The notes under the pieces are model-generated. The model was not told the DNA's origin, did no database searches, and worked only from the letters and a program-made list of their open reading frames with translations. Shown here in pieces: positions 33,205 to 45,907 of a DNA stretch of 64,000 bases. Numbering within the stretch: the first letter of the stretch is position 1; every line of letters starts with the position of its first letter. Origin of the DNA: Escherichia coli (GTDB taxonomy: Bacteria; Pseudomonadota; Gammaproteobacteria; Enterobacterales; Enterobacteriaceae); the NCBI RefSeq assembly GCF_030384885.1, contig NZ_CP128613.1; one strand, 5' to 3'. The translations under genes and the position numbers were made by a program.

Positions 33205-33537
33205 TTACGTATTGTCTTTCACCGTCTGGCTTGTGCCATTGGCTTTAACGGAGGCAATTCCGGTTTCACGAGATTGCGCGGTGGCGTACATCTGGCTGGA
33301 GCCGATAATTTGATGATTGGCGGCTTTCAGATTGAAATAGAATTTGCCGTTGCTTGCTGTTTTTTTCTCATAGCGTTCTTCTTGTGGGCTGTTGCTACGC
33401 ACTGACGCGATGCCCTTTTCCGCAGAGGCTTTTGAGGTATACAGCTCGCTGGTGAGGATAGTCTCACCATTGCCCGCTTTTAGCACAAACCGGAATTGAT
33501 TATCACTGCTCCTACTGAGTTCAAACCAACCAGCCAT
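33205..33537 (-). CDS. yegP: YegP (UPF0339/DUF1508 tandem-repeat protein)
   Basis: Track ORF 33205..33576; start moved to MAGWFELSRSSDNQFRF (110 aa); internal duplication visible (FRFVLKAGNGE / FYFNLKAANHQ). Confidence 0.85.
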   Translation of the reverse strand: MAGWFELSRSSDNQFRFVLKAGNGETILTSELYTSKASAEKGIASVRSNSPQEERYEKKTASNGKFYFNLKAANHQIIGSSQMYATAQSRETGIASVKANGTSQTVKDNT

Positions 33538-33716
33538 AATGACTCCTTGATTGAAATTGCGTATCGAAAACAGCATCTAAAAGGACTGTTTGCCGATTAA
33601 AGTATGAGCGATTTTCAGGTGCTTGCCAGGGCGGAGAGATAATGTCAGATAGCCGACAATGCGCGGGATAATGCTGCCGGATGTGGCGTGAATGCCTTCT
33701 CCGGCAGGTAAAAATG

Positions 33717-34439
33717 TTAAACGATGCGGCAGGCGTCGGCTTCCCAGCGATAACCGACACCGTAGACGGCGCGGATAAAAGACTGCTCTTCGTCCAGAGC
33801 TTCCAGCTTGCGACGCAGGTTTTTAATGTGGCTGTCGATGGTGCGGTCAGTTACTACGCGGTAGTCGTCATAAAGATGATTGAGCAATTGCTCGCGGGAG
33901 AACACTTTTCCTGGTTCATGAGAGAGTGTTTTCAGCAGACGAAATTCCGCAGGCGTCAGGTCAAGCATTTTACCGCGCCATGAAGCCTGAAAACGACCTT
34001 CGTCGATAATCAACGGGCTTTCAGCATCCTGTTGCTGCAACTCACGCTGCGGTTTGCAACGGCGCAAAATGGTTTTGACGCGTGCTACCACTTCCCGTGG
34101 GCTGTACGGCTTGCAGATATAATCATCTGCGCCAATCTCCAGCCCGAGCAGGCGGTCGATCTCTTCGATTTTTGCTGTCACCATCACGATCGGAATGTCA
34201 GAAAAACGACGAATCTCCCGACACAACGTCAGGCCATCGGTGCCGGGGAGCATCAGATCCAACAGGATCAGATCCGGTGGTGTCTGGCGCACATATGGCA
34301 GTACCTGATCGCCGTGGCTGATAAGCGTCGGCGCATAGCTCGCAGCACGCAGATAATCAATAAGCAACTGCCCCAGCTTCGGTTCATCTTCCACGATCAA
34401 AATACGTGGCGTGTTTTCGTCGATTGGTAACTCGGTCAT
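33717..34439 (-). CDS. baeR: OmpR-family response regulator BaeR
   Basis: 240 aa; receiver domain plus winged-helix; overlaps baeS by 4 nt. Confidence 0.93.
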   Translation of the reverse strand: MTELPIDENTPRILIVEDEPKLGQLLIDYLRAASYAPTLISHGDQVLPYVRQTPPDLILLDLMLPGTDGLTLCREIRRFSDIPIVMVTAKIEEIDRLLGLEIGADDYICKPYSPREVVARVKTILRRCKPQRELQQQDAESPLIIDEGRFQASWRGKMLDLTPAEFRLLKTLSHEPGKVFSREQLLNHLYDDYRVVTDRTIDSHIKNLRRKLEALDEEQSFIRAVYGVGYRWEADACRIV

Positions 34440-35839
34440 ACTTCTCTCTGTAAATCCCGTTCCAGCGGTAACTCTACTGTAATGCTTACCCCGCCAAAAG
34501 GCGAATGAGCGGCAACAATGCGACCATTATGTGCTTCAACAATGTTAAGACAAATCGCCAGCCCCAGGCCGGAACCGCCGCTGGCACGGTTGCGGGAACC
34601 TTCGGTGCGATAAAAACGCTCAAACAATTTTTGCAGTTGATCGTCACTAACGCCCGGTGCACTGTCGGCAAAGGTCAGGCGCACCGTTTTGTCATGTTGC
34701 TCGGCAGAGATATGCAGGCTGCCGCCGCTGTCGGTATAGCGCAGGCTGTTTTCCAGTAAGTTATTGAACAACTGCATTAAACGATCGCGATCGCCAAATA
34801 CGGTAATGCTGTCTGGCAGGGAAAATTTCAGTTTCAGCCCGCGGCTGGCGAAACGCTCACGAAATGCGCCACCCGCGACTTCCAGTAGCGGGATCAGATC
34901 CACCGACGATTTCTGGTAGGCGAGAGCGCCTTCATCAGACATCGACAATTGATGAAGATCATCCACCAGTTTGGTCAGTGTACCGACCTCTGCCTGTAAA
35001 GAAGCCACCGTCTCCGGCGTGAATTTACGCACGCCATCCTGAATAGCTTCCAGTTCGCCGCGCAGTACCGCTAAAGGCGTGCGCAGCTCGTGGGAGATAT
35101 CGGCCATAAAATCGCGGCGCATCTGTTGGTTTTTCTCCAGCGTGCTGGCGAGCTGGTTGAAGTCTTGCGCCAGTTTGCCCAATTCATCTTCACTGGTGGG
35201 CGTCACGCGAGTAGTGAAATCGCCCGCTGCCAGTTTGTGTGTACCGTCCACCAGTCGTTTGACCGGAGCCAGCAAACCGCGCGCCAGTGGGAATGTCGCC
35301 AGCGCCGCTAACAAGGTAGATAAAGCGACAATCAGCCAACTGGTTTGCCTCTGTTGTCTGTCAAAATTGATGTCGGTATTGCGGGTCAGTCGTTCAACAG
35401 GGGAGGCGATCACCGCACCCACTTCCGCCCCATTGACCATAATGGGCCGCCGTGTGCCGTCTGGTGGAATCGGTGCTCGCGGGCCAACCAGCACTTTGTT
35501 GTTTTGATCAACCACCCAGAATTGCGTGCGCCAACCGTGTGGCGGCATACCGGGGCCGGGCTTATCTTCGTTGTTATCATGCTCCAGCGAACGTAGGATC
35601 TGAAATACAAAGCGATCGTTATTACGCAGGAAGCGCCAGTTCCCGTGCTGGGCGTACTGCTCACCAAGCGCATCGCCGAGCATTTGCAGCCGTTGTTCAT
35701 TTCCATGCTTGATGTAATCGATAAAGCCGCGCTCAAAACTGATACGTACCGCCCAGTGCATCGTGATCAATAAGACAATGCAGGTGGCGAAAATCGCCAG
35801 AAACAGTTTGCCGGTAATACCGGGTCGCCAGAATTTCAT
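34436..35839 (-). CDS. baeS: sensor histidine kinase BaeS
   Basis: 467 aa; H-box HELRTP and HATPase motifs. Confidence 0.93.
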   Translation of the reverse strand: MKFWRPGITGKLFLAIFATCIVLLITMHWAVRISFERGFIDYIKHGNEQRLQMLGDALGEQYAQHGNWRFLRNNDRFVFQILRSLEHDNNEDKPGPGMPPHGWRTQFWVVDQNNKVLVGPRAPIPPDGTRRPIMVNGAEVGAVIASPVERLTRNTDINFDRQQRQTSWLIVALSTLLAALATFPLARGLLAPVKRLVDGTHKLAAGDFTTRVTPTSEDELGKLAQDFNQLASTLEKNQQMRRDFMADISHELRTPLAVLRGELEAIQDGVRKFTPETVASLQAEVGTLTKLVDDLHQLSMSDEGALAYQKSSVDLIPLLEVAGGAFRERFASRGLKLKFSLPDSITVFGDRDRLMQLFNNLLENSLRYTDSGGSLHISAEQHDKTVRLTFADSAPGVSDDQLQKLFERFYRTEGSRNRASGGSGLGLAICLNIVEAHNGRIVAAHSPFGGVSITVELPLERDLQREV

Positions 35840-37251
35840 TGCGCGCTCCTTTTTCGCCGCGAAATAGCGACATTTTGATGCGTATCGTTCGGCACTCTGG
35901 CAAAGATAAACGCCGGAAGGGCGATGATAAACGCCATGCTAAGCCAGGTGTACATAAAGACGGTTTGTGTGGTGCTGCTGTCTACACTGACATGCTGTGA
36001 ACCAAAAAGCCCCAGCAACAGCCCGGCGATGGTGACGCCGATACTCATCGATAATTGCATAATCATCGACAGCAGGCTGTTGCCGCTGCTCGCCAGATTG
36101 TCTGGTAGATCTTTCAGCGTCAGGGTGTTCATGGAGGAGAAACGTGTCGAGTTGACCATTCCTTGTAAAAACAGGACGAACGGCAAAACGTAGTACCAGC
36201 CCAGCAGCGCGGTAGTCATAAACAGCAGGGTGACCAGCGACAGGCCCAGCGTGGTCGCCACCAGTACCCGACGATAACCAAAGCGATTCACTACCTGCAC
36301 TACAACTCGCTTCATTCCCATGCTGCCGAGCACCATCGGGATCATCATCAATCCGGCATGAAACGGCGAGAAACCGAGGCCAATCTGTAAGAAAACCGGT
36401 GTCATAAAGGGCAACATGCCACTGCCGATACGTCCGGCAAAGCTCCCCGCCAGGCCCAGCGAAAAGGTACGAGTGCGGAACAGTTTCAGACTGAACAGGG
36501 CGCGGTTGTTATTTCTGGCGTGCAGCAGATAAAGCACCAGTGCCACCACGCCAATCGCTGCCAGTCCGGCAATCGCCAGCGGCGATAAACCTGTACCTTT
36601 ACTGCCATCCAGCGCCAGCGTTAATACCGCCATGCCGACTGCCAGCAATAAAAAACCGGAGAGATCGAAACGCCGCGTCTGCATGGTGTAGTTTGGCATT
36701 AACATCAGCGTGGCGATCGCACCGATAATCCCTACCGGAATGTTGATCAAAAAGATCCAGTGCCAGGACGCGTATTCCACCAGCAGGCCGCCGAGCGCCG
36801 GACCAAGCAGCGGACCGACTTGCCCGGGCAGCGTAACAAAGGTCATCGCCGCCATATATTGCTCGCGCGGTACAATTTTCATCACCGTCAACCTGCCAAC
36901 CGGCACCATCATCGCGCCGCCAACGCCCTGTAACGCGCGTGCCAGCAACAGTTCGTTTAGCGTGCCGGAAAGCGCGCAAAACAGTGAACCGAGAGTAAAC
37001 AGTACGATGGCGGTAAAGAAAATATTGCGCACGCCGACTTTGTCCGCCAGCCAGCCGCTGGCGGGCAGCATCACCGCCACGGTCAGTACATAAGAGACAA
37101 TGACCATGTGCATATGCAACGGACTTTCCCCAAGGCTTTGCGCCATTGAGGGAAGGGCGGTGTTTACGATGGTGGTGTCCAGCGACTGCATAAAGAAGCC
37201 GAAAGCCACAATCCACAATTGCCAGCGGGTGCTGTCGGGAAGATCTGTCAT
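35836..37251 (-). CDS. mdtD: MFS transporter MdtD
   Basis: 471-aa polytopic membrane protein; operon position. Confidence 0.92.
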   Translation of the reverse strand: MTDLPDSTRWQLWIVAFGFFMQSLDTTIVNTALPSMAQSLGESPLHMHMVIVSYVLTVAVMLPASGWLADKVGVRNIFFTAIVLFTLGSLFCALSGTLNELLLARALQGVGGAMMVPVGRLTVMKIVPREQYMAAMTFVTLPGQVGPLLGPALGGLLVEYASWHWIFLINIPVGIIGAIATLMLMPNYTMQTRRFDLSGFLLLAVGMAVLTLALDGSKGTGLSPLAIAGLAAIGVVALVLYLLHARNNNRALFSLKLFRTRTFSLGLAGSFAGRIGSGMLPFMTPVFLQIGLGFSPFHAGLMMIPMVLGSMGMKRVVVQVVNRFGYRRVLVATTLGLSLVTLLFMTTALLGWYYVLPFVLFLQGMVNSTRFSSMNTLTLKDLPDNLASSGNSLLSMIMQLSMSIGVTIAGLLLGLFGSQHVSVDSSTTQTVFMYTWLSMAFIIALPAFIFARVPNDTHQNVAISRRKRSAQ

Positions 37252-40200
37252 TTACTCAGTTACCGTTTGTTTAGGTTTACGCGAAAAACGCAGCCGCAGA
37301 CGGTCAAAAAAGAGATACACCACCGGCGTGGTATACAGCGTCAGGAGCTGGCTCATTACCAGACCGCCGACAATGGTGATCCCCAGGGGTTGGCGCAGCT
37401 CCGAGCCGTCACCGCCCGACAATACCAGCGGCAGCGCACCAAACAGCGCCGCCAGGGTAGTCATCATAATCGGGCGAAAACGCAGCAGACAGGCCTGGAA
37501 AATAGCTTCCTGCGGCGTCAGGTTACCGTGCCGTTGGGCTTCGAGCGCAAAATCGACCATCATAATGGCGTTTTTCTTCACGATGCCGATTAATAGCATG
37601 ATCCCTATCAGGGCGATTAGGCTGAACGGGGCATTGAACAGCTCCAGCGCCAACAGCGCTCCAACGCCCGCCGAGGGCAGGGTGGAGAGAATCGTCAGTG
37701 GATGCACGTAACTCTCGTAAAGGATACCCAGCACGATATACACCGTGGCGATGGCTGCGATAATCAGGATCACCTGCGAGTTCATCGTCTCCTGGAATAC
37801 CTGCGCTGTTCCGGCAAAACTGCCGCGCACCGTCGAAGGCACACCTAGCTGGGTCATTGCGCGGTCAATCGCCGCACTGGCGTCCGAGAGCGATTTTCCG
37901 GTCGGCAAGTTGAACGAGATGGTCGAGGCCGCCGATAATCCCTGATGATTCACCGACAGCGGGGCATTCGCCGGTTGCCATTTAGCGAAATATGACAGAG
38001 GGATCGCTTTTCCTTCGTTATTAATGACAAACATTTTTTCCAGTGCACTGATGTCCTGGGTATAGCGCGGATCCACTTCCATCACCACTTTATACTGGTT
38101 CATGGGCTGGTAAATGGTCGAGATTTGCCGCTGACCGAAGGCGTTATTCAACAGGCTGTTGGCGGCCTGCACGTCGATTCCCAGCCGTGCCATGGTATCG
38201 CGGTCGTAAACCAGATTCATCTCCGCGCCGTTATCCTGCTGGTCGGAATTCACGTCCGCCAGTTCCGGCAATGTCGCCAGTTTTTTGCGGATTTTCGGCT
38301 CCCATTCGCGCAGCGCCGCCAGGTCGTCGGAGAGCAACGTATACTGGTAACTGGCGTTCGACTGACGTCCGCCAACGCGAATATCCTGTACCGCCATCAG
38401 GAACAGATTCGCCCCCGGTTCTTTCGCCAGCTTCACCCGCAGACGGTCGATAATTTGCTGCGCCGTTTCGCTGCGCTCGTCGCGCGGTTTGAGAGTGATA
38501 AACATCATCCCACTGTTCACCCGCGAGCCACCGGTAAAGCCGGTGACATTATCCACTGCCGGATCGTCACGGATAATTTTCATAAAATCCTGCAACTTAC
38601 CACGCATCGCCTGAAACGAAATACTCTGATCCGCCTGTATCCCGCCCATCAACACGCCGGTGTCCTGCTCCGGGAAGAAGGTTTTCGGGATCGAGATATA
38701 CAGCCAGATATTCAAAGCAATGGTGCCAAGCAGCACCACGCCCACCAGACGGGTATGATTAAGCACCCATTTCAGTGACTTGCCGTAGCTTTGTTGCAGG
38801 GCTACCAACATGCGACCAAAACCACGCAGACGCTTTTGCTCGCGCGGCTTGCTGGCTTTTAGCATCCAGCCGCACATCATCGGCGTTAACGTCAGGGAAA
38901 CCAGCAACGAAATACCAATGGCGACAGAAAGCGTCACGGCAAATTCGCGTAACAGTCGGCCCGGCAATCCGCCCATCAACAGCAGCGGCAGGAACACCGC
39001 CACCAGTGACAGACTCATCGACAGTACCGTAAAGCCGACTTCGCGAGTACCTTGCAGCGCGGCCTGTAGCGGTTTCATCCCCGCTTCCAGATGACGGGCA
39101 ATGTTTTCCAGCACTACGATGGCGTCATCCACCACGAAACCAGTAGCGATGGTGAGCGCCATTAACGAAAGATTATTGAGACTGAAACCGCACAGGTACA
39201 TCGCCGCAAACGTACCAATCAGCGAAACCGGCACCGCAACGGCGGGAATAATTGTGGCGCGACCCGAGCGCAGGAATAAAAAGACCACCAGAATCACCAG
39301 TGCCACCGAGATAATCAGCGTTTGCTCGACTTCTTCCAGCGAGGCGCAAATGGTGGGGGAGCGATCCTGGGCAATTTGCAGATCAATCGCCGCCGGAATG
39401 GTCTCCTGCAACTCCGGTAATTTTGCCCGGATGCTGTCAACCGTCTGGATAATATTGGCTTCCGGCAGCTTGCGGATCATCAGCAAAATAGCCGGTTTGG
39501 CGTTGGTCATCCCGGCGTTGCGCACATCCTGCACTGAGTCGGTCACCGTCGCTACATCGCCCAGACGAACCGCGCCGCCGTTGTTGTAATGAATAATCAG
39601 CGGCTGATATTCAGCGGCGGTTTTCAGTTCATCGTTAGTCTGGATCTGCCAGCGGTGAGTGCCATCTTCCAGCGCCCCCTGCGGTTTACGCACGTTGGCA
39701 TTGCTGATGGCAGTGCGTACGTCGTCCAGCGACACGCCCTGATTAAATAGCGCCTGCGGGTTCAGCCCAACGCGCACAGCGGGCAACGAGCTGCCGCCGA
39801 CATCGACATCACCGACACCGTCGATTTGCGAAATTGTCGGAGCCAGTTGCGTCGAGGCGAAATCGTACAGTTCACCCTGCGAATAAGTATCGGATGTCAG
39901 CGTCAGGATCATAATTGGCGCATCCGAAGGATTCGCTTTGCGATAGGTCGGACGGCTTGGCATTCCGCTGGGCAGCAAACTTTGCGCGGCGTTGATCGCC
40001 GCCTGCACATCGCGCGCCGCGCCGTTGATATCCCGGTCAAAATCAAACTGCAAAATAATACGCGTGCTGCCAAGCGAACTGCTGGAGGTCATTTCACTGA
40101 CCCCGGCGATGCGCCCAAGTGAGCGCTCCAGCGGCGTGGCGACGGAAGACGCCATTGTCTCCGGCGATGCACCGGGCAGCGAGGCGCTGACCATGATCAC

Positions 40201-40329
40201 CGGAAAATCGACCTGCGGCAGCGGGGCGACCGGCAGCATACGGAAGCCCAGTATGCCGCACAGGGTAATGGCAACCGACAGTAAAATCGTCGCCACCGGG
40301 CGGTAAATGAAGAGGGCAAAAAACTTCAC
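37252..40329 (-). CDS. mdtC: RND multidrug efflux transporter subunit MdtC
   Basis: 1025 aa; AcrB-like. Confidence 0.95.
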   Translation of the reverse strand: MKFFALFIYRPVATILLSVAITLCGILGFRMLPVAPLPQVDFPVIMVSASLPGASPETMASSVATPLERSLGRIAGVSEMTSSSSLGSTRIILQFDFDRDINGAARDVQAAINAAQSLLPSGMPSRPTYRKANPSDAPIMILTLTSDTYSQGELYDFASTQLAPTISQIDGVGDVDVGGSSLPAVRVGLNPQALFNQGVSLDDVRTAISNANVRKPQGALEDGTHRWQIQTNDELKTAAEYQPLIIHYNNGGAVRLGDVATVTDSVQDVRNAGMTNAKPAILLMIRKLPEANIIQTVDSIRAKLPELQETIPAAIDLQIAQDRSPTICASLEEVEQTLIISVALVILVVFLFLRSGRATIIPAVAVPVSLIGTFAAMYLCGFSLNNLSLMALTIATGFVVDDAIVVLENIARHLEAGMKPLQAALQGTREVGFTVLSMSLSLVAVFLPLLLMGGLPGRLLREFAVTLSVAIGISLLVSLTLTPMMCGWMLKASKPREQKRLRGFGRMLVALQQSYGKSLKWVLNHTRLVGVVLLGTIALNIWLYISIPKTFFPEQDTGVLMGGIQADQSISFQAMRGKLQDFMKIIRDDPAVDNVTGFTGGSRVNSGMMFITLKPRDERSETAQQIIDRLRVKLAKEPGANLFLMAVQDIRVGGRQSNASYQYTLLSDDLAALREWEPKIRKKLATLPELADVNSDQQDNGAEMNLVYDRDTMARLGIDVQAANSLLNNAFGQRQISTIYQPMNQYKVVMEVDPRYTQDISALEKMFVINNEGKAIPLSYFAKWQPANAPLSVNHQGLSAASTISFNLPTGKSLSDASAAIDRAMTQLGVPSTVRGSFAGTAQVFQETMNSQVILIIAAIATVYIVLGILYESYVHPLTILSTLPSAGVGALLALELFNAPFSLIALIGIMLLIGIVKKNAIMMVDFALEAQRHGNLTPQEAIFQACLLRFRPIMMTTLAALFGALPLVLSGGDGSELRQPLGITIVGGLVMSQLLTLYTTPVVYLFFDRLRLRFSRKPKQTVTE

Positions 40330-43300
40330 TTACGCCTCCTCTTCATGACGAGCAAAGCGGCTTTTGGTCCACAATGCCAGGCGGTCGAACAGCAAATAAA
40401 TCACCGGCGTGGTAAACAGCGTCAGCACCTGGCTGACTATCAGACCGCCGACCATGCCGATACCTAACGGACGACGCAGTTCCGCGCCGACCCCGGTACT
40501 TAACATCAGCGGCAACGCGCCAAGCAGAGCCGCCAGAGTGGTCATCAGGATCGGACGAAAACGCAACAGACAGGCCTGGTAAATTGCATCGCGCGGCGAC
40601 ATGCCTTGCTCGCGCTCGGCAGCCAGCGCGAAGTCGATCATCATGATGGCGTTTTTCTTCACAATACCGATCAGCAAAATAATGCCGATGATGGCGATCA
40701 CATCCAGCTCACTTCCGGCAATCATTAGCGCCAGCAGTGCGCCAACACCTGCCGTTGGCAACGTCGAGAGAATGGTGATCGGGTGGATAAAGCTCTCGTA
40801 CAGAATGCCGAGCACGATATACATCGCCACCACCGCTGCGACAATCAGCCAGACAGTGCTGCCCAATGCCGACTGGAAGGCGAGGGTGCTGCCCTGGAAT
40901 TGTGTGGTGATATCCACCGGCAGATTCAGCGTCTTTTCGGTGTCCATAATCGCCTGCACCGCATCACCGAGAGAATAGTTATCCGGCACGTTAAAGGAGA
41001 TGGTCGTTACCGGGAACTGATCCAGATGGTTGATGGAGAGCGGCGCAAAACGCTGCTCAATTTTGGCAATTGAGCTTAGCGGCACCACGCCACCGTCGCT
41101 GCTGGTCAGGCGGATAGTATCCAGCGCCGCGAGGCCTGGGGTATTTTCGGTATTGTGCTCCAGCACCACGCGATACTGGTTAGCCTGAGTATAAATGGTG
41201 GAAATCAGTCGCTGACCAAACGCGTTGTACAGGGCGTTATCGACGTCCGCCATGCTGATCCCCAGACGGCTGGCGCTGTCGCGATCAACGTTGACATACG
41301 CCACCAGCCCTTGGTCCTGCCAGTCGCTGGAGACATCAGAAAGCTGTGGCAGCTGCTGGAGTTTTTCCACGAGTTGCGGCACCCAGGTGCTGAGCGCATC
41401 CAGCGATGTGGCCTGCAAGGTAAACTGGTACTGGGTGCGGCTGACCTGAGTATCGATAGTCAGATCCTGCGTTGGTTGAAGGAAGAGATCGACACCCGGC
41501 ACTTTATCTACTGCCGTTTGCAAACGGGCGATGACTTTTTGCACCCGATCATCACGTTCATCCAACGGTTTGAGGTTGATCTGTAAACGCGCACTGTTCA
41601 GCGACGGGTTAGTACCATCAACGCCAACAAATGAGGTCAGGCTTTGCACCGCCGGGTCCTGCAAAATCACATCAGCGACCTGACGTTGCCGCTGGGCCAT
41701 ATTGGCAAAGGAGCTGGATTGCGGTGCCTGCAAGGTGCCCTGAATAATGCCGTTGTCCTGTACCGGGAAGAAACCTTTCGGAATGAACACCCATAAGAGA
41801 ACGCTAAGCAGCAGCGTGCTGAGCGCTACGCTTAAAGTCAGCCACGGATGATTCAGCACTTTCGCCAGTCCACGACCATAGGCGGCAATTATCCTGTCGA
41901 ACATTTTTTCCGAGGCCCGGGAGAAGCGGTTCTGTTTACGCAGCGACTCCTGGCTGAGCATCCGCGCGCACATCATCGGTGTCAGGGTCAGCGACACCAC
42001 GGCTGAGATCAAAATCGCTACCGCCAGGGTAATGGCAAATTCGCGGAACAGTCGCCCGACGATATCGCCCATAAACAGCAGCGGGATCAGCACTGCAATC
42101 AGAGAGAAAGTCAGTGAGATAATGGTAAAACCGATTTCACCTGCGCCCTTGAGCGCCGCTGCCAGTGGTTTTTCGCCTTTTTCGATATAGCGGGAAATGT
42201 TTTCGATCACCACGATGGCGTCGTCGACAACGAATCCGGTGGCGATGGTTAACGCCATCAGCGTCAGGTTATTGATCGAAAAATCGAGAAACACCATGAC
42301 CGCGAAGGTGCCGATTAACGACAGCGGCACGGCGACGCCAGGAATGATGGTCGCCGGAATATTGCGCAGAAACAGGTAGATAATCATGACTACCAGCGCG
42401 ATAGCCATCATCAGTTCAAACTGGGTATCGTCGACTGATGCGCGGATATTGGTAGTGCGATCGGAAAGTACCGTCACTTTTACCGATTTCGGCAGACTCT
42501 CGGTAAGCTGTGGCAGCATCTGCCGAATGCTGTCGGCGGTAGAGATAATGTTAGCACCGGGCTGGCGCTGAACATTCATCACAATGGCCTGTTCTTTGTT
42601 CGCCCATGCGCCAAGCCAATTGTTTTCTGCGCCTTGTTCAACGGTTGCGACATCACCAAGACGAATCGGCGCGCCGTTCTGGTAGGCGATAATCAACTGG
42701 CGATATTCATCCGCAGATTGCATCTGGTCGTTCGCGGAAAGCGTGACCGCGCGGGAAGGGCCGTCGAGGCTACCTTTAGCCGAGTTAACGTTAGCGCCGG
42801 TAATGGCGGTGCGCACGGTTTCGCTGGTCAGGCCGAGGGCGGCAATCGCCTGGGCGTTAAGTTTGACGCGAACAGCCGGACGCTGACCGCCGGAAAGCGT
42901 CACCAGCCCGACGCCGGAAATCTGCGAGATCTTCTGCGCGACGCGGGTTTCCACCATATCTTCCACTTGGGTCATCGGCATGGCGGTTGAGGTGACGGCA
43001 AGCGTCATGATTGGCGGATCTGCCGGGTTCACTTTGCTGTAAACCGGCGGGTTAGGCAGATCGCTCGGCAACAAGTTGGTCGCAGCGTTAATCGCGGCCT
43101 GCACTTCCTGCTCGGCGACATCCAGCGGTAATGTTAGCTGGAACTGCAAAGTGATAACTGACGCGCCGCCGGAACTTTGCGACGACATCTGTTTCAGGCC
43201 GGACATCTGCCCGAACTGGCGTTCGAGCGGTGCGGTAACGGCAGAGGTCATGACATCCGGGCTGGCACCTGGGTAGAGGGTGACCACCTGAATGGTTGGA

Positions 43301-43452
43301 TAGTCCACTTCCGGCAGCGCCGAAACGGGCAGGGCACGATAACCGATAATCCCGGCGAGTAAGATCGCCACCATCAGCAGCGTAGTGGCGACAGGACGCA
43401 TAATAAACAGGCGCGACGGGCCGCCTGTGCTGCTCGGGGGTAACACCTGCAT
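40330..43452 (-). CDS. mdtB: RND multidrug efflux transporter subunit MdtB
   Basis: 1040 aa; AcrB-like; directly abuts mdtC. Confidence 0.95.
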   Translation of the reverse strand: MQVLPPSSTGGPSRLFIMRPVATTLLMVAILLAGIIGYRALPVSALPEVDYPTIQVVTLYPGASPDVMTSAVTAPLERQFGQMSGLKQMSSQSSGGASVITLQFQLTLPLDVAEQEVQAAINAATNLLPSDLPNPPVYSKVNPADPPIMTLAVTSTAMPMTQVEDMVETRVAQKISQISGVGLVTLSGGQRPAVRVKLNAQAIAALGLTSETVRTAITGANVNSAKGSLDGPSRAVTLSANDQMQSADEYRQLIIAYQNGAPIRLGDVATVEQGAENNWLGAWANKEQAIVMNVQRQPGANIISTADSIRQMLPQLTESLPKSVKVTVLSDRTTNIRASVDDTQFELMMAIALVVMIIYLFLRNIPATIIPGVAVPLSLIGTFAVMVFLDFSINNLTLMALTIATGFVVDDAIVVIENISRYIEKGEKPLAAALKGAGEIGFTIISLTFSLIAVLIPLLFMGDIVGRLFREFAITLAVAILISAVVSLTLTPMMCARMLSQESLRKQNRFSRASEKMFDRIIAAYGRGLAKVLNHPWLTLSVALSTLLLSVLLWVFIPKGFFPVQDNGIIQGTLQAPQSSSFANMAQRQRQVADVILQDPAVQSLTSFVGVDGTNPSLNSARLQINLKPLDERDDRVQKVIARLQTAVDKVPGVDLFLQPTQDLTIDTQVSRTQYQFTLQATSLDALSTWVPQLVEKLQQLPQLSDVSSDWQDQGLVAYVNVDRDSASRLGISMADVDNALYNAFGQRLISTIYTQANQYRVVLEHNTENTPGLAALDTIRLTSSDGGVVPLSSIAKIEQRFAPLSINHLDQFPVTTISFNVPDNYSLGDAVQAIMDTEKTLNLPVDITTQFQGSTLAFQSALGSTVWLIVAAVVAMYIVLGILYESFIHPITILSTLPTAGVGALLALMIAGSELDVIAIIGIILLIGIVKKNAIMMIDFALAAEREQGMSPRDAIYQACLLRFRPILMTTLAALLGALPLMLSTGVGAELRRPLGIGMVGGLIVSQVLTLFTTPVIYLLFDRLALWTKSRFARHEEEA

Positions 43453-44699
43453 CAGGAGCGTGCTCCTTTTTTCGCGTATTCGCGGCTGGTGGCTTTCTCT
43501 TCCGAAGTGGTGGCGCTTTGAGCTTCAACCACTTCCACTTTCGCCCCTTCGGTCAGACGATCAATGCCATCCGTCACTACGCGGTCGCCTGCAGAAATAC
43601 CTGCGCGGATCACCACTTTCTGACTGTCCTGAATGCCCGGCGTCACCAGATGTTTGCTGACCTTGTTTTCGCTATTCAGCACCCAGACAAAATGGCCTTC
43701 GTTGCCCATTTGCAGGGCGGCGGTGGGGATCACCACGGCGTTTTGTTCGGTGTCGACTAACATGCGCGCGTTAACAAACTGATTGGGAAACAGCGCATCA
43801 TCCTGATTATTAAAGCGTGCTTTCACTTTAATCGTACCGGTAGTGGCATCGATTTGGTTATCGAGACTTAACAGCGTGCCTTCACTTAATTTCTTCGAGT
43901 TGGTGCGATCCCAGGCTTCAACAACCAGCGGTTTTCCGGCTTTTTGCGCCTGTACTACGGTAGCGATATCGCTTTCCGGCAGGGTAAAGAGCAAATCGAT
44001 AGGATGCGTCTGGGTGATCACCACAATCCCGGTGGTATCACCACTGGAGATTTGGTTACCAACATCAACCTGCTTGAGACCAACGCGACCATCGACTGGT
44101 GCGGTGATGCGGCTCCAGTCGAGTTGCAGCTGTGCGCTGGCGACGCTCGCTTCATCAGCCTTAATGGTACCTTCGGTTTCACTGACCAGCGCCTGTTGGG
44201 CATCCAATTCCTGACGGGAGACGAGATTGGTTTTTGCCAGTTGCTGATAACGCGCTAAATCACGGCGGGCGTTGGCTAGTGTGGCTTTATCTTTTGCCAG
44301 TTGCCCCTGAGCTTGTGCTAATGCAACTTTGAACTGGCTGGGGTCAATTTCTGCCAGTAAATCGCCTGCTTTGACCTGCTGACCCTCCTGGAAATGTAAT
44401 GCCATCAGTTGACCATCTACGCGACTGCGCACCGTAACGGTGTTAGCAGCGGTAATCGTACCAAGCCCGGTGAGGTAACGCGGAACCGCCTGTTCCACGG
44501 CAGTTGCTGCCTGAACCGGGGCCAATGGGCCGGAACGCATACCACGGCGGCCACCGGCTGGCGACTGCTGTGCTTGCTTCGTCGCACCTGGCGCTGCGCT
44601 CTGGGATTCATTGCGGCCTTGCCAGAACCAGAAAGCGGCGATGGCGGCGATAACCACCACGATTACGATTACCCAACGGGATTTATAACTGCCTTTCAT
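43452..44699 (-). CDS. mdtA: membrane fusion protein (periplasmic adaptor) MdtA
   Basis: Track ORF 43452..44846; start moved to [16 protein letters not shown] (415 aa). Confidence 0.9.
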   Translation of the reverse strand: MKGSYKSRWVIVIVVVIAAIAAFWFWQGRNESQSAAPGATKQAQQSPAGGRRGMRSGPLAPVQAATAVEQAVPRYLTGLGTITAANTVTVRSRVDGQLMALHFQEGQQVKAGDLLAEIDPSQFKVALAQAQGQLAKDKATLANARRDLARYQQLAKTNLVSRQELDAQQALVSETEGTIKADEASVASAQLQLDWSRITAPVDGRVGLKQVDVGNQISSGDTTGIVVITQTHPIDLLFTLPESDIATVVQAQKAGKPLVVEAWDRTNSKKLSEGTLLSLDNQIDATTGTIKVKARFNNQDDALFPNQFVNARMLVDTEQNAVVIPTAALQMGNEGHFVWVLNSENKVSKHLVTPGIQDSQKVVIRAGISAGDRVVTDGIDRLTEGAKVEVVEAQSATTSEEKATSREYAKKGARS

Positions 44700-44744
44700 C
44701 GTTAAGAGTTTCTCTTCCTGAAACGTTTCGCGGAATGATACTAG

Positions 44745-44763
44745 TGTAGCCAGCCAATAAGGG
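44745..44763 (-). promoter_or_regulatory. putative BaeR box upstream of mdtA
   Basis: Minus strand reads TTTTTCTCCCTTATTGGCT, close to the BaeR consensus as I recall it (TTTTTCTCCATGATTGGCT). Confidence 0.5.
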
Positions 44764-44932
44764 AGAAAAATGGAGGAATTATGAAACACTGTCGGGAATC
44801 GTCTGAATGACGGGCACTTTTGCGAGCACGCATCCAGTAATAACACAGGAAACTATTTTATCTACGCGTTAGCGATAGACTGCATTCAGGGCAAAAGGAG
44901 GTAGGCCGACGATTTCAGCGGGACGCTGAAAC

Positions 44933-45073
44933 GGGAAAGCCCCTCCCGAGGAAGGGGCCTTAAATAAGGAAAGGGTCATGATGAAGATACTCATCATCGT
45001 GGTGCTCTTAGTCGTTAGCTACCCAGCTTACTAAGACTACCAGGGCGGGGAAAACCCCGCTCTACCCTCACTC
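44933..45073 (-). ncRNA. sibA: Sib antisense antitoxin RNA, unit 1 (approximate ends)
   Basis: Ends placed by analogy to the K-12 sibA/ibsA geometry (sib fully overlaps ibs on the opposite strand); not mapped from sequence. Confidence 0.45.
44978..45034 (+). CDS. ibsA: type I toxin Ibs, 18-aa hydrophobic peptide (MMKILIIVVLLVVSYPAY)
   Basis: ATGATGAAG... ORF preceded by an AGGAAAGGG RBS; matches the Ibs family. Confidence 0.75.
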   Translation: MMKILIIVVLLVVSYPAY

Positions 45074-45260
45074 CTGAAAATATGCCTTCACGGTCAGAAT
45101 GTCAATCCGCAGGCTTTGCAGTCTGCGATCCTGCCAGCAAATATTCTTTGCGAGTCGTTACGCAATAATCACAGATGAAACTATTTTATCTACGCGTTAG
45201 CGATAGACTGCATTCAGGGCGAAAGGAGGTAAGCCGATGATTTCAGCGGGACGCTGAAAC

Positions 45261-45401
45261 GGGAAAGCCCCTCCCGAGGAAGGGGCCTTAAATAAGGAAA
45301 GGGTCATGATGAAGTGGATCATCATCGTGGTGCTCTTAGTCATTAGCTTACCGGCTTACTAAGACTACCAGGGCGGGGGAAACCCCGCTCAACCCTCACT
45401 C
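45261..45401 (-). ncRNA. sibB: Sib antisense antitoxin RNA, unit 2 (approximate ends)
   Basis: As unit 1. Confidence 0.45.
45306..45362 (+). CDS. ibsB: type I toxin Ibs copy 2 (MMKWIIIVVLLVISLPAY)
   Basis: Second repeat unit; same architecture. Confidence 0.75.
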   Translation: MMKWIIIVVLLVISLPAY

Positions 45402-45588
45402 CTGAAAGTATGCCTTCACAATCAGATTGTCAATCCGCAGGCTTTGTAGTCTGCGATCCTGCCAGCAAATATTCTTTGCGAGACGTTACGCAATAATCAC
45501 ATGTGAAACTATTTTATCTGCAAGTTAGCGATAGACTGCTTGCATGGCGAAAGGAGGTAGGCCGCCGATTTCAGCGGGACGCTGAAAC

Positions 45589-45729
45589 GGGAAAGCCCCT
45601 TCCGAGGAAGGGGCCTTAAATAAGGAAAGGGTCATGATGAAGCTACTCATCATCGTGGTGCTCTTAGTTATTAGCTGGCCAGCTTACTAAGACTACCAGG
45701 GCGGGGGAAACCCCGCTCTACCCTCACTC
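45589..45729 (-). ncRNA. Sib antisense antitoxin RNA, unit 3 (approximate ends)
   Basis: As unit 1. Confidence 0.4.
45634..45690 (+). CDS. type I toxin Ibs copy 3 (MMKLLIIVVLLVISWPAY)
   Basis: Third repeat unit; same architecture. Confidence 0.7.
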   Translation: MMKLLIIVVLLVISWPAY

Positions 45730-45907
45730 CTGAAGTTATGTTACTCCACCCTTATTGTCAATCTGTAAGTCCACGTTCTTGCGGGGCGAATAGCAAAACC
45801 CTCTGCGCTTATGGGCCGAATTCTGAAAGTTGCTTTGCCTGCTCTTATTTCATTATTGCAGTCGGTATGATACCGGACCTCAATAATTCTCTAAGAAAGG
45901 ATTTCTT

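Larger units (their letters stand above)
44845..45790. repeat. three tandem ~328-bp units, each carrying an ibs toxin ORF and an antisense sib RNA gene
   Basis: Unit anchor AAACTATTTTATC recurs at 44850, 45178 and 45506 (period 328 bp); units are near-identical with scattered substitutions. Confidence 0.9.

Noticed and set aside
36599-37216. 205-aa minus-strand ORF and several 60-200-aa ORFs across 34500..43700
   Set aside because: All lie within or antisense to mdtD, mdtC, mdtB or baeS in alternative frames; Arg/Gly-rich shadow ORFs.
44845-45790. Possible CRISPR array (regular tandem repeats)
   Set aside because: Repeat period is 328 bp with no short repeat/unique-spacer organisation and each unit encodes an Ibs peptide; this is the ibs/sib array. 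No cas genes in the window.
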